The translations under genes and the position numbers were made by a program. From assembly GCF_009914755.1 (NCBI RefSeq), contig NC_060947.1: DNA of 64,000 bases. One strand, 5' to 3'. How positions within the stretch are numbered: position 1 is the stretch's first letter; each line of letters begins with the position of its first letter. Shown here piece after piece: positions 27,875-49,673 of the stretch. The DNA is from the human T2T-CHM13v2.0 reference genome, Homo sapiens. The notes under the pieces are model-generated. The model was not told the DNA's origin. It did no database searches and saw nothing but the letters and a program-made list of their open reading frames with translations.

Positions 27875-28484
27875 GCCTACTTTTGTGGGCTGTGGTCCAA
27901 ATACACATTTAGTTTTCAAAGGCTTTGCAATACTATTTTGGTCTGCTCATGTGTGTGCTACCCACAGGTCAATCTGAAACCTGGGTGATGTTCCAGACCA
28001 TTGTTCAGTCCTGAAGCTTTTTGTTGTGTTATTTCTAGTCAGTCTCACACATGAGTTGTTCAGAGGTCTGCCAAGGATTTCGTACACAGATTTTAAAGAT
28101 CACTTTCTTTAGCTCCCTTTTCTCAGTAATCCTTTCCACTTTCTAGTTGGGAGAGAGAGGAGTGAGGCTTTGCTTGTGGTGTTCACCTGGAATAAGGCAG
28201 GTATAATCAAAATGTTTCTGTCCTGCTGAGCCACGCTTTTCCTGATTTTTTGGCAAAGGAAAGTGGACTTTTCTTGGGGCATTTTTTTGGTCTGTGCTTA
28301 CTGACATTTCTGGAATGTGGGCTTCTCCAGGGAGCAGGCTATTGTATATAGGAGACAAAACAAAACAAATAAACAGGGAAGTCACCTCTGGATTGTTTCT
28401 TAATTCTCAAGGTTCCCAATCATTCTGCCTTTTTTTCTTCACATTTCAGAGTCTTCTGATGGGTGCTTTATCAAATTTGTATAG

Positions 28485-28809
<325 letters not shown>

Positions 28810-28949
28810 TAATGGGAGTGACAGGGTGGAACATTCCACCCTGTCACTCCCATCAATTTGAAGAAAACCCAGACAGCCAGTCTAGGTTTTTGGTTTTGGT
28901 CCTTCTTCATATTCCCCGTGGCTCTCTCTTGAGACCTCTTTTTTTCTGT

Positions 28950-29835
28950 AGCTGTGTTCATCTCTATCTAGTCTCATCAAATGCTGTGACTTTAATTGCC
29001 ATTATAAGTAGCTCTCAAATAAATATCTTCAACTATGACCATTCTCTCGAACCCCAGACTCACATATTAAACCACCTTAGTTGTCTAGTAGACACCTCAA
29101 ACTAAACACTTACAGAACCAAATTCAACTTTTCTGTTTGAACTTGCTCCTTCATTCTTACTCATCTCAGTAAATAGAAACCTTATTCTGCTAGGTGCTTA
29201 GATTATCTTTGATTCCTCTCTTTTTCTCATACCCCAATCTAATCCATCAGGACTTCTTGTTGGTACTACCTTCAAAATAAAACCAAAAGCCAATCACTTC
29301 TCATCATTTCCACAGCTACCTTCCTGGTCCAACCTAATATCAACTCTTACTTGAATTAGTGGAATAGCATGCTAACTGGTTGCCCTGCTTTCTTTCTTGC
29401 CTTCCCCATATGCTGGTCTTCGCATCAAAGCAAGGCTTTTACGTGCAAATCAGATCATGTCACACCTCTGCTAAAAAATTCCTGAGTCAAACTCAGAGTC
29501 CTTATCATTCTCCTCCCTGATCTGGTGCTGCTACTCCTCTGCCTTGATCTCCTACCAGTCTTCTTTTTGGCCACTGTGCTGTATCCACACTGGCTTTTGT
29601 GCTGTTCTTAGACTATGCCAAACATTTCCTGCCTTTCAGCGTCAATATTTGCTGTCTCTTCCACCTGGAATGCACTTGTTCCGGATAGCCAAATAGCCTG
29701 GTCACTCATTGCCCTTAGGTTTCTGCTCAAATGACTCATTCCTTATCAGAGAGGCCCTCCCTGATCATTCCCTCTAAAATAGTACCCTTACCTGTCTTTC
29801 TTTCTTTGCCCTCATTTATTTTTCTCTTTAGCATT
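28950..29835 (+). mobile_element. L2 fragment (3' end resumes at ~31040-31145)
   Basis: ccagactcacatatt...catctcagtaaat...caaatcagatcatgtcacacctctgct...tgcccagaacagtacttggcacatagtaggtg. Confidence 0.75.
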
Positions 29836-31047
<1,212 letters not shown>

Positions 31048-31174
31048 TGAGAGCAAGAGGTTATCTATAAGTTCACTATTATACCCCCAGTGCCCAGAAC
31101 AGTACTTGGCACATAGTAGGTGATCAACTATTTTGTTAATAAATTCAAGAGGTAAACTTTGGTGATTCCTTACT

Positions 31175-31176
<2 letters not shown>

Positions 31177-31206
<30 letters not shown>
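31177..31206. repeat. (AC)n microsatellite
   Basis: Direct reading. Confidence 0.95.
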
Positions 31207-31208
<2 letters not shown>

Positions 31209-31280
31209 CACCAAAAAACATCTGAATTACTGTTCCTACAATTGTTAAGCTCTGCTGACATCTGGTCCAATATTTTACTA

Positions 31281-31604
<324 letters not shown>

Positions 31605-32220
31605 TCATCATCATCATCTTACAATACAAACAGAAGTTTACAGATTTTACCTGTGGTGAAAACATGCACCATAGAAGAATAGAGGTGAAGTCCTCAGGGG
31701 TTTGTGGACCTGGAAAGAGGCACGCTTCTGTCTATACCAAAGCTTAAGGATATTATGTGGTTATTACATAAGCCTCCTCTTCAGAAAAGTCATATCCAGA
31801 GTCAAAGGGAAATTTTCTTGTCACCAGTCACAGTCCCTACTCATTCTTAACCTTTCAAGTAGCCCCCAAATTTCTGAGACACTTTATTGAAGGCAAGCAA
31901 AGAAGATATATGTAATAACCAGTAACGAAATCAGCCAGTTAATTGAGTACAGGGAGGCAGAGGACTTTGTATCCACAAGTGAAGTATACTGTAGGCCCCA
32001 CCCACAGCTCCTACTCAAGAGACAGCCATTAGGCTTGTACCATTTCCCCAAGATGTCTTACTAGCCACACATGTCACTCTAAACTGAAGGTCTGGCCCAA
32101 AAGCACCAAATCCATAGACACGTGTGTAATCTATGATTTCGCCTGCAAAGAAGAGATTAGCTGAGTCACAATCCGTCCTCAGGCATTTCACTGGGAAATG
32201 CCAAAAAAACTGGATGACTA

Positions 32221-32487
<267 letters not shown>

Positions 32488-33408
32488 TCACTTGAATCTG
32501 GGAGGTCAGAGGTTGCAGTGAGCCGAGATGGCACCATTGCACTCCAGACTGGGCAACAAGGGTGAAACTCCATCTCAAAAAAAAAAAAAAGCTATGAGGT
32601 ACTGAAAAGATATAGAGTGAGAAGGTAAATGGTAGTCAGATAGAAACAAACAGACATGTGGAGAGTAGCTTAAGCATAATAACAGTGGGGCACTAGGATG
32701 AAGAGCCACAAACGCCTGCTGTCTCTCCTGTCATCTTAGATTCCTCCCACTCTAACCTCCAACAGAAGCCCAAGGCAAATGCTTCAATAATGTATTCGGA
32801 AGGAGCTTTCCCTATGCTTATAAACAATGCATGAAGGGACTTTTTTGTTATTATGATTATAATATTTAATCCAATAACATTTTCTGCTTATTTTCTAATG
32901 CTGATAAGAACCATAAAAGGAGAAAAAAAACCTTATCCTTTCGGTAGAATTCCAGGGAATAGGAAATGAACAGTGCTATTGTACCACACATTTAGAAGAT
33001 GAGTCAAATTAGATCCCCTACACTTCAAACAAACAAAGAGAAATATGGGGTGAAAATTAAACTTAGATTATTTTGATTATAGACAATCATATTAAGTTTG
33101 CTCAATTCTTCTCTTTTTCTGACTCAAGGTGACAATACACCAACAAAGCTACAAAGGGAGAAAATATATTAAATACTTCTTTTCTAGATTCTATAAAGGG
33201 AGTTTTTCTGGCCACCCAGGAAAGGAATCTGGCTACTATCATAACTGCAATGCCAACTGAATGGAAGCCAAATAGAAACACTTTGGTACATGGAATATTG
33301 ATTCACAGAAGAGCTGGCTCTAAACTGGGGTATGCTGACTTGGCTCCTTTTCCCTAAAATCTTCCTCCTGCAAACACTTCAGAGAGGTTGGGACAGGTTT
33401 GGCTATTA

Positions 33409-33827
<419 letters not shown>

Positions 33828-34284
33828 CTACGAAGATTAAAAAGTTCAATAGCATTTTTCAGACCTCAGTTTAGATAACTGAGCAGGCTAAAATTCTCCA
33901 TTTTACATCTACTAGAGAGTGCTTTAATAAGATGAAATAGAAATAGCTAATTGACCAACATATACCAGAAGTTTAGGATTTTCTGAACTTCGAAAGGCAG
34001 AGGTGGAATAAGATAGTACTGTCAGTGAGCGTAGACACACACACAAACCCCATGAATCCACTGTGAGAGAAAAGTATCTGGGCGGTTGAGGCAGTAATCA
34101 CAGGCCTCCCATTGCCTCCTCCCCTTCTGAGACTGTGGACAGGAAGGCAGGAAGGTGGGGAAAAGGAGGCTTCGGAGGCATGGGCTGCCCAGCTCCAATG
34201 CCGTCTCTCTACTTCTATATACACTGGCTCTCAGGAATGCATGTCATTGGCTTGTACCTGCAGTATCATCATCTATCCTTTTCC

Positions 34285-34681
34285 CTTGTTCATTAGTTTG
34301 CTAGGGCTGCCATAACAGAATACCATAGACTTGAGTGACTTAAACAACAGAAATTTATTTTCTTATGGTTCCAGAGGCTGGAAAGTCCAAGATCAAGGTG
34401 CCAGCAAGTTTGGGTGCTTCTAAGCCCTCTCTCCTTGGCTTGAAGATCACCACCTTCTCACTTTGTCCTCATGGTCTTTCCTTTGTGTGCATGCAGGTCT
34501 GCGTGTTACCTTCCTCTTCTTATAAGGACATCGGTCAGACTGGATCGAGGCCCACCCATGTGACCTCATTTTACCTCATTTTAAATGCCCTATCTCCAAA
34601 TAACAGTCATATTCCAAGGCAGTTGGAGTTAGGACTTTCAAATATGAATTGGGTGGTGGGGGGCACAATTCAGCCTATATA
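34285..34681 (-). mobile_element. MLT1A-type LTR
   Basis: ttagtttgctagggctgccataacagaataccatagac...ggaaagtccaagatcaaggtgccagc...gggcacaattcagcc. Confidence 0.85.
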
Positions 34682-34780
34682 TACCAACTTGCAAGAGTGT
34701 TTATTTTATTTATTTTACTTCATTGTAATTATTTTTTACAGACAGGATTGTACTTTGTCACCCAGGTTGGAGTGCAGTAG

Positions 34781-35026
<246 letters not shown>

Positions 35027-35664
35027 TGATTTTATGCAAGAGGATGTCAGAAGCTTCCTGTCACACCTTCTTGAGTTCATACTAGTAGCCGCCCAACATT
35101 ATGGCAATGTTGGGGAAGTCATAACAGCTTTCCATTTTTCTGAGACAAGGATGTGAGAAACCTTTTTGTGGCTTGTCAAAGTGAGAACTCTCTTAATACT
35201 CCTTGGTGTGCAGCTCCCTGAGATGGATGGTTAGAGAACCTTGTCACTCTGGATCTGGGTGGCTCCAATTAAGATTTACCGGAAGGAAAGGATGTCAATG
35301 ATCCCAAAAAGGAATTTACTGGGAGGAAAGAAGAAATTGGGATGAGAAACCCCAGCCCAGCACTAGGGGGTAAGGGTTGATAAGGCTGACGCTAGAGGCC
35401 TCCCAAGACAAAGCCATCCTGGTGTGGTGTTCCGGTAGAGGGGAGTTGCTCAGCATGCGAATGTGAACCACAGAGCCATAACCTTTGAGGCTATGGGAGT
35501 GACATCATCTAGGTGTGTAGGGGGACCCATCTGAAAATGAGCATCCTTGCTGAGAGGACAAATGTCCATATGACTGGCCAGGACCAGGCTTCAAAAGCCA
35601 CTCTGAGGACCACTGGAAACAAGAGCAGTAGGGACCTTACTCCAGTTTCTAGTTCTTGCTGGAG

Positions 35665-35905
35665 GCAGCCTATGTAGTGGTTTAGAACAAGCTCAGAGCC
35701 ATCTGCCAGGGATCAGAGCCCAGCTTACCCACTTACTATGCAACCTTGGGCAAGTTATTCTCTGGGTTTCAATTTCCTCATCTGCAAAACTAGAGTAATA
35801 AGAGCCCCTCCTCATAGAGCGTTTAGGAGAACTAAATGATTTGATAACTTGGAATTGTGTTTGCCACATCAAGAGGTCAATTAATAGTAGTTTTTCTTAT
35901 TATTC
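35665..35905 (+). mobile_element. MIR
   Basis: accttgggcaagttattctctgggtttcaatttcctcatctgcaaaac. Confidence 0.75.
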
Positions 35906-37952
35906 TTGTACCTGGTTTCAAAATTGTTATTAGGGAGTGGGACAGAGCAAGATTGCAGAACAGATGGCTTCACCAATTTTCTCCCTCTCCTCCTGCCACA
36001 AGGAAACTAATTTAACAACTATCAACACACAGAAAAAGCACATTCATAAAAAACAAAAATCAGGTGACCACTCACGCTACTTGGTATTAACTTAATATTA
36101 TTGAAAGAGGCACTGAAGAAGGTAGGAGACAGTTTTGCACTGCCAATGCCACCCCTTCCCCATCCCCTGGCAGTAGCCATGCTGTGTGCTCGGGAGAGAG
36201 AGAGCACAGCAATTGCGAGACATTGCATTGAACTCAGTGGTGCCCTGTCACAGCAGAAAGCCAAAACAGGCTGAAATCAGCTGATGCGCACTAACAGAGA
36301 GAATATTTAAACCAGCTCTAGCCAGAGGGGAAATGCCTATCCCAGCAGTTGGAACTTGAATTCTTTCAAGCCTCACCACTGTGGGCTAGAGTACTCTGGG
36401 GCCCTAAATAAACTCGAAAGGCAGTCTAGGCCACAAGGACTGCAACTCCTAGGCAAGTCCTAGTGCTGAACTGGGCTCAGAGCCAGTGGACCGGGGGAGC
36501 CCACAGCCTACTGAGACAATAGCCAGGGTGGCCAAGGGAGTGCTTGTGCCACCCCTATTCCTACCCCAGGCTGCACAGCTCACAGCTTAAAAAGAGATCC
36601 CTTCCATCTGCTTGAGGAGAGGAGAGAGAAAAGAGGACTTTGTACTTTGTCTTACATCTTGGATACTAGCTCAGCCACAGTAGGATAGGGCACTGGTCAG
36701 GGTCACAAGGACCCCTTTCCAGGCCCTACCTCCCAGACAACATTTCTAGATACATCCTGGGCCAGAGGGGAACCTGCTGCCTTGAAGGAAGGACCCAGTC
36801 CTGGCAGGACCTGTCACCTGTTGACTAAAGAGCCCCTGGGCCCTGAATAACAAGCAGTAATACCCAGGTTGTACACCATGGGCCTTGGGTGACACTCTGA
36901 GACTTGCCAGTTTTAGATGAGACTCAGTACATTCCCAGCTATAGTAGCTTAGGGAGAGACTCCTACTTGAGAAAAGTGGAGGGAAAAGGAAAGAGGACTT
37001 TGTCTTGCACCTTATGTACCATCTTGGCTACAGGGGATAGAGCACGAAGTGGGCTCCTTAGGGTCCCCAATTTCAGGCCTTGGCTCTTAGATGGCATTTC
37101 TGGACCTGGCCTGGGCCAGAGGGGAGCCCACTACCCTGAAGAGTGAGTCCCAGTCCAGACAGCATTCACCAAGAGTTGACTGAAGAGCCCTTGGGCCTTA
37201 AGGAAGCATCAGCAGTAGCTTGGCAGTACTCCCTGTGGGCCTGTGATGGTGGTGGCCATGGGGTGAGCCTCCTCTGCCTGTGGAAAGGGGAGGGAAGAGT
37301 GGGAAGGACTTTGTCTTGCAGGTTGAGTGCCAGCTCAGCCACAGTACACTAAAACACCAGGTAGATTTCTAAGGTTTTTGACTCCAGTCTCTGGCTCCCA
37401 GATAGCACCTATGGACCTACCCAGGGCCTGGGGGAACTTACTGCCCAGAAAGAAAGGACACATGCCTGGCTGGCTTTGCCACCTGCTGATTGTAGAGCCT
37501 CAGGGCCTTGAGTGAACATAGATGGTAACCAGGTGGTGGTTACAGAGGGCCTTGGGCAAGACCCAGTGTTGTGTTGTGCCGGCTTCAGGTCTGACCCAGA
37601 ATAATCCCAGTGATGGTGGCCACAGGGGTGCTTGTGTCGCCCCACCCCCAGCTCCAAGCAGCTCAGAACAGAGAGAGAGAGAGAGGAGAGAGAGACTCTG
37701 TTTGTGAGAAGATAAAAGTCTCTGCCTGGTAATCCAGAGAAATCTTCCAGATCTTATCTAAGAACATCAAGGCAGTACCTCTATGAGTCTGCAAGAACCA
37801 CAGCATTTTTGGGCTGGGGGCATATCTCCTAACGCAGATATGGCTTAGATCATAACACCCAAGTCCTTTCAAATACCTGAACAGCCTTCCTAAGAAGGAC
37901 AGGTAGAAACAAGCCCAGACTGCAAAGACTGTAATAAACACCTAATGCTTCA

Positions 37953-38860
37953 ATGCCCGGACACAGACAAACATCCACAAACATCAAGACCATCCAGGAA
38001 AACATGACCTCACCAAATGAATGAAATAAGGAACCAGGGAACAATTCTAAGGAAACTCAGAGAATCAAGATAACACAGAGTAGGAATTCAGAATTCTACC
38101 AGATAAGTTTAACAAAGATATTGAAATAATTTAAAAGAATCAAGTAGAAATTCTGGAGCTGAAAAATGCAATTGGCATATTGAAGAATGCATCAGAGTCT
38201 TTTAATAGCAGAATTGATCAAGCAGAAGAAAGAATTAGTGAGCTTGAAGACAGGCTATATGAGGAGACAGAAGAAAAAAGAATAAAAAACAATGATGCAC
38301 ACCTACAAGATCTAGAAAATAGCCTCAAAAGGGCAAATCTAAGAGCTATTGGCCTTAAAGAGGAGGTAGAGAAAGAGATAGGGATAGAGAATTTACCCAA
38401 AGGGATAATAACGGAGAACATCCCAAGCCTAGAGAAATATACCAATATCCAAGTACAAGAAGGTTATAGAATACCAAGCAGATTTAACCCAAAGAAGACT
38501 ACCCCAAGGCATTTAATAATCAAACTCCCAAAGATCAAGGATAAAGGACCCTAAAGGCAACAGGATAAAAGAAACAAATAACATTCAATGGAGCTCCAAT
38601 ATATCTGGAAGCAGACTTTTCAGTGGAAACCTTACAGGCCAGGAGAGAGTGGCATGATATATTTAAAGTGCTGAGGGGAAAAAAAAAACTTTTACCCTAG
38701 AATAGTTTATCTTGTGAAAATATTCTTCAAACATGAAGGAGAAATAAAAACTTCCCCAGGCAAAGAAAAGCTGAGGGATTTTTTTCAATGCCAGGCCTGT
38801 CCTACAAGAAAAGCTAAAGAGAGTATTTTGATCAAGAACAAAAGGACATTAGTGAGCAAT
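37953..38860 (+). pseudogene. Disrupted L1 ORF1p
   Basis: ORFs 38180-38554 and 38714-38902 give L1 ORF1-like peptides broken by frameshifts and stops. Confidence 0.85.
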
Positions 38861-39347
38861 AAGAACTCATCTGCAGGTAAAGAAATCACTGGTAATATTT
38901 AATAGTAAGTACACAGAAAAACACTATAACACTGTAACTGTGGTATGTAAACTACTCTTATCCTAAGTAGAAAGACTAAATTATGAACCAATCAGAAATA
39001 ATAACTACAGTAACTTTTCAAGACATAGACAGTACATAAGATATAAATAGAAGCAACAAAAAGTTAAAAAATGAGGGGATGAAGTTGAACTGTAGAGTTT
39101 TTGTTAGTTTTCTTTTTGTTTGTTTGTTTATGCAGTGTTGTTGTTATCAGGTTAAAATCATGGGTTAGAAGATAGTATTTACAAGCCTCATGGTAACCTC
39201 AAATCAAAAACATGCAATGAATACGTAAAAAATAAAAAGCAAGAAACTGAATCATACCACCAAAGAAACTCACCTTCACTAAAAAAGAAGACAGGAAGGA
39301 AGGAAGGAAAGAGAAGGACACAAAACAGCTGGAAAACAAATAACAAA

Positions 39348-39697
39348 ATGGCAGGAGTAAATCCTTACTTATCAATAATAACATTGAATGTAAAGGACAA
39401 AACTATCCAATCAAAGGACATAGAGTGTATGAATGGATTAAAAAACAAGACTCAATGATCTGTTGCCTACAAGAAACATGCTTCACCTATAAAGACACAC
39501 ATAGACTGAAAATAAAGGGACGGGAAAATATATTCCATGCCAATGGAAACAGAAAAAGAGCAGGGGTTGCTGTACTTCTAGCAGACAAAATAGATATCAA
39601 GACAAAACTTATAAGAAGAGAAAAGGTCACTATATAATGATAAAGGGGTCAATTCAGCAAGAGGATATAACAATTTTAAATATATATGCATCCAACA
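39348..39697 (+). pseudogene. Disrupted L1 ORF2 endonuclease N-terminus
   Basis: Motifs SIITLNV, ICCLQET, IFHANG...AGVAVL, ITILNIYA, frameshifted. Confidence 0.85.
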
Positions 39698-39750
39698 AAA
39701 AATAGTTAGAATAAGACTTAGTATTTGCTACCATAACAGGATGACTATAG

Positions 39751-42373
<2,623 letters not shown>

Positions 42374-42374
42374 T

Positions 42375-43530
<1,156 letters not shown>

Positions 43531-43678
43531 AACTTTTTAAGAGTTTGACTAAATTTGTGCCTTTGGTCATCTGAATGCTTGATTGTGTAGTTGTCTCTGC
43601 TTATTACTAACAAGTCAGTACACGTTACATTAGGAATTCTGTTTCATGTACATCTGGCTCCATTAGCTAATTTTTTAT

Positions 43679-43734
43679 GCTACTCCTTATGGAGCAGGGC
43701 TACCCCATAGGCAGTGTGCCCAGAGTAGTATTAA
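43679..43734 (-). mobile_element. 56-bp ERV-LTR-derived insertion with 15-bp TSD
   Basis: Direct repeat tagctaattttttat at 43664-43678 and 43735-43749. Insert core (minus) ctactctgggcacactgcctatggggtagccctgctccataaggagtagc. Confidence 0.75.
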
Positions 43735-44211
43735 TAGCTAATTTTTTATTGGCTTTTATGAGCTTGCACCTATTGATTTCTCTGTTCCCATTGAGGTTTT
43801 TAATAAGTTGTGGCAGATTGGCAGCACTGCTAGGAGAATATGGTCTTCTTAGTTCTTTGTCTGTATAATGTGCTGTCATGTAGACATTTTGAAGCCAATC
43901 GGTATATGAAAACAGGTAGCCTTTGTGAATTTAGATCCTGACTCTTCAAGAGATAATATTCTGAATACCTCTGGACAGGTAATTTTATAATATGGTTAAT
44001 GAAATATAAACTTGAGAGCCCTTTGCTTGTATGGGTCCTGTACACACCCCAGGAAAGGCCCTGGAAATTTTACATTAATAATCAGTGTTATTTTTCTTCA
44101 GAGGACCCAATCCACATTGTATAGACGTTAGAGCCTACAAATCCTGAAATTTTCCCTGTCTCAGAGTGAATTATTATTTATTAGGTGCCATTCTGAGCAT
44201 TGTGATAATTA

Positions 44212-44403
<192 letters not shown>

Positions 44404-44521
44404 CTACTCGGGAGGCTGAGGCAGGAGAATTGCTTGAACCTGGGAGATGGAGGTTGCGGTGAGCTGAGATCACGCCATTGCCACTGTGCTCCAGCCTGGG
44501 CAACAAGAGTGAAACTCTATC

Positions 44522-44611
44522 AAAAAAAAAAAAGAAAGAAAGAAAGAAAGAAAGAAGGAAGGAAGGAAGGAAGGAAGGAAGGAAGGAAGGAAGGAAAGAA
44601 AGAAAGAAGGA

Positions 44612-44663
<52 letters not shown>

Positions 44664-44665
44664 GA
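44522..44665 (+). repeat. Compound (GAAA)n(GGAA)10(GAAA)n Alu-tail microsatellite
   Basis: Direct reading; GGAA run at 44557-44596. Confidence 0.95.
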
Positions 44666-45244
44666 TAAAGAGATGTCTTCCTCCCCAATTCACTTTCTTA
44701 TCCTGAATGTAGGAAATCTAAGAACGTACTGTGCAGCTGGATGTATGTGGTGGGGGAGGTGAGGAAGTGGGAATTATACCAAGCCTAGCAGAGCATCTCT
44801 GAAGGAAGATTTTATCTAGAATTACCCCTAACTTTTGTTCACTTTGTTCAAAACCAGGGGAGAGGAAGAGTGGAAAGTAGGAAAGAGATCCTACTCATAT
44901 AAATCCAGGGACTGTTGGGACTGCTTAGGTATTGGCCATCTATATGATATTAACCATTTTCTTCTGTAAGATTTAGGAAATGTTATTCTTTTACTGATAC
45001 TTTTTTCTTGTGGCATCAGTTATCTTGCCCAAATCTTTTTTTCACTACCTTGAAATTATTTTTAAACTATATAAATGTTGATGAGTAGCAATTATGTGAG
45101 TTGGGATCTTCTAAATGTCAGACTGAGAGTCTGGTAAACATTAAGAAGAGGAAACTAGGCTGGGCACGGTGGCTCACGCCTGTAATCCCAGCACTTTGGG
45201 AGGCCGAGGCGGATGGATCACCTGAGGTCAGAAGTTCGAGACTA

Positions 45245-45503
<259 letters not shown>

Positions 45504-45656
45504 CTATATCTCTTATTTAGCTTGGATGAAATGGGAAGTAGTCCTAATAAAATCCCAAGGATGAAAACAGATTTTCTAACATACTCTAATTAACTCTGTA
45601 GTTTTAGTTTGCTCAGAGTTTATCCCTTTCCTGAAAAGTATTAAAATGAATGTTTA

Positions 45657-45809
<153 letters not shown>

Positions 45810-46091
45810 TTAGCCGGGCGTCGTGGTGGGTGCCTGTAATCCTAGACATTCGGGAGGCTGAGGCGGGAGAATCACCTGAACCCAGGAGGCGGAGGTTGCA
45901 GTGAGCCGAGATTGCACCACTGTACTCCAGCCTGGGCGAAAGAGTGAGACCCTGTCTCAGGAAAAAAAGAAAAGAGAAAGAGAGAGGGAGGGAGGGAGGG
46001 AAAGAAAGAAAGAAATGAAAGAAGGAAGGAAGGAAGGAAGGAAGGAAGGAAAATGGGAATTCTGCTAGGACAAAAAAAAAGATTTTTGTAA

Positions 46092-46715
<624 letters not shown>

Positions 46716-46793
46716 CTAAAAAAAAAAAAAAGCCAGGTGCGGTGGCTCACGCCTGTAATCCCAGCACTTTGGGAGGCCGAAGCGGGCGGATCA

Positions 46794-47078
<285 letters not shown>

Positions 47079-47399
47079 TTACTAGAATTTATAATTTTCT
47101 GCTGCTGAGACCATTTACTTCTGAGAAGCCTTTCTTGACTCTTCTATCCTCCCCACCCCTGTCTGAGTTAGAAGTCTGTTTCCTCTGTTTTTCCTCTTTT
47201 GTACTAACTTCCAACTCTCTGTTATATCTTTACTATAACATTGTACTGTGATCATTTATTTTCTGGACCATCTTTTCCACTAAACTGACAGTTTGATGCT
47301 TTTTCATTTCATTACCTAGCACAGTGCCTAGCACACTGGGATATTCATGAACTTTTTAAATAAGAATGAATGATAGTGTTGTCAGACAGCCCAGTATGA

Positions 47400-47730
47400 T
47401 ATCACAGTCTATGAGTTCACATGTACATGGGAGGATAGAGTCACTGGTTAGTAATAGAAAGAAGAAGGAAGAAACACACAGAATTCAATAAATGTTATAG
47501 TCACGTACTCAGAAAGCTGACTAGGAAGTCAGATCATTGACAGACAAATATTTTTTACTTTGCCTAAATTAAGACTTTTACCAACAACAGTGAATAAGAT
47601 ACCTCATGGTAAGAAAAAAATATATAGTCTTTATAAATTGATTATACACAATTTTCAATGCTTTTAAAAATAATTGGAACTGGTCAATAAGATATTGAAA
47701 GAAAATTGATAAGAATTATTTAAAAGTTAA
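47400..47730 (+). mobile_element. Highly degenerate L1 ORF2 fragment
   Basis: agactttaccaacaacagtgaata; ttataaattgattatacac. Confidence 0.4.
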
Positions 47731-48051
47731 GTGTGAGAGGATCGCTTGAGACCAGGAGTTTGAGACCAGCCTGGGCAACACAGTGAGACACTGTCTCTAG
47801 AAAAAAAAATTAAAAATAATTAGCCCCCGTCTCTAAAAAATTTAACAAATAATTAGCTGGGCACAGTGTTGCACACATGTAGTTTCAGTTACTTGGGAGG
47901 TTGAGGTAGGAAGATCGCTTGAGTCCAGGAGTTAGAAGTTGCAGTGACCTCAAGACTCCGTCTCCAAAAAAAAAAAAGAAAGAAAAAAATAAAGAGGGAG
48001 AAGAAATGTTGACTCAAAAACTTATGAAAAGGAGCCGAGCGTGGTGGGTCA

Positions 48052-48501
<450 letters not shown>

Positions 48502-48789
48502 CTAGCTACTCAGGAGGCTGAGATGGGAGGATTGCTTAAGCCCAGAAGGTCGAGGCTGCAGTAAGCCATGAATGCACACTGCACTTTAGCCTGGGTGACA
48601 GAATGAGACCCTGTTAAAAAAAAAAAAACACTTATGAAAAGGGGAAAAAAGTTATCTGCCTATATATTTTTTTAAACCTTCCAATCCTCTTCATCAGTAT
48701 ATGAATTGAACAGATTTGACTCCTGCCATGGAGACTAGCCACAGAGATGACACCTCAAAGATCTGCACCTTCGAGTATTCATGTCTCTT

Positions 48790-49198
48790 GTTTCATCTCC
48801 TCCCTTAGTGAGTCAGGGCCAGCCCTGGGTGACCAATAGAATCCAGTGAAGTGATGTTGCATGTCTTCCGAGGCCACACCATAAGAAGCCTTGCAGCTTC
48901 CACGTTGGTCTCATGGAACACTCACTCTTGGAGCCCTGAGCATGATGTATGGAGTTCAAATACCCTAAAGCCACCTTGCAGGAGAGACTGGGTGGAGAGG
49001 CTCTGAGATTTCATGTAGAATGATTCTTGGCCAGCACCCCAGCCATTTGAGTCATCCCAGCTGAGGCTCCAGATGTACTGTGGAACAGAATTGAGTTGTC
49101 CCCACCAAGGTTCATGAGTAAAAGAAATATTAAGTTATTATTGCTTTAAGCGATTACGTTTCAGGTGGTTTGTTACTCAGCAATAGATGACTGAAACA
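48790..49198 (+). mobile_element. MLT1F-type LTR (partial)
   Basis: gaccaatagaat...aagccttgcagcttcc...tttgttactcagcaatagatgactgaaaca. Confidence 0.75.
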
Positions 49199-49308
49199 CT
49201 CCTCTTTCACTTGATGTGAAGTATTTCCTTAGGTGAGTGCAGAGTGAGCAAGGATGTGTCAGGTCAACTCAAACATAGGGAATTTTCCAGCCATCGTTGC
49301 TGGGGTAA

Positions 49309-49673
<365 letters not shown>

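Noticed and set aside
35092-35114. 9-bp-stem hairpin cccaacatt-atggc-aatgttggg
   Set aside because: Short, isolated and compatible with chance.
43970-44160. Possible hAT-Tip100-type DNA transposon remnant (also ~105-330 and ~19075-19315)
   Set aside because: Resemblance only; terminal repeats and TSDs could not be established by eye.
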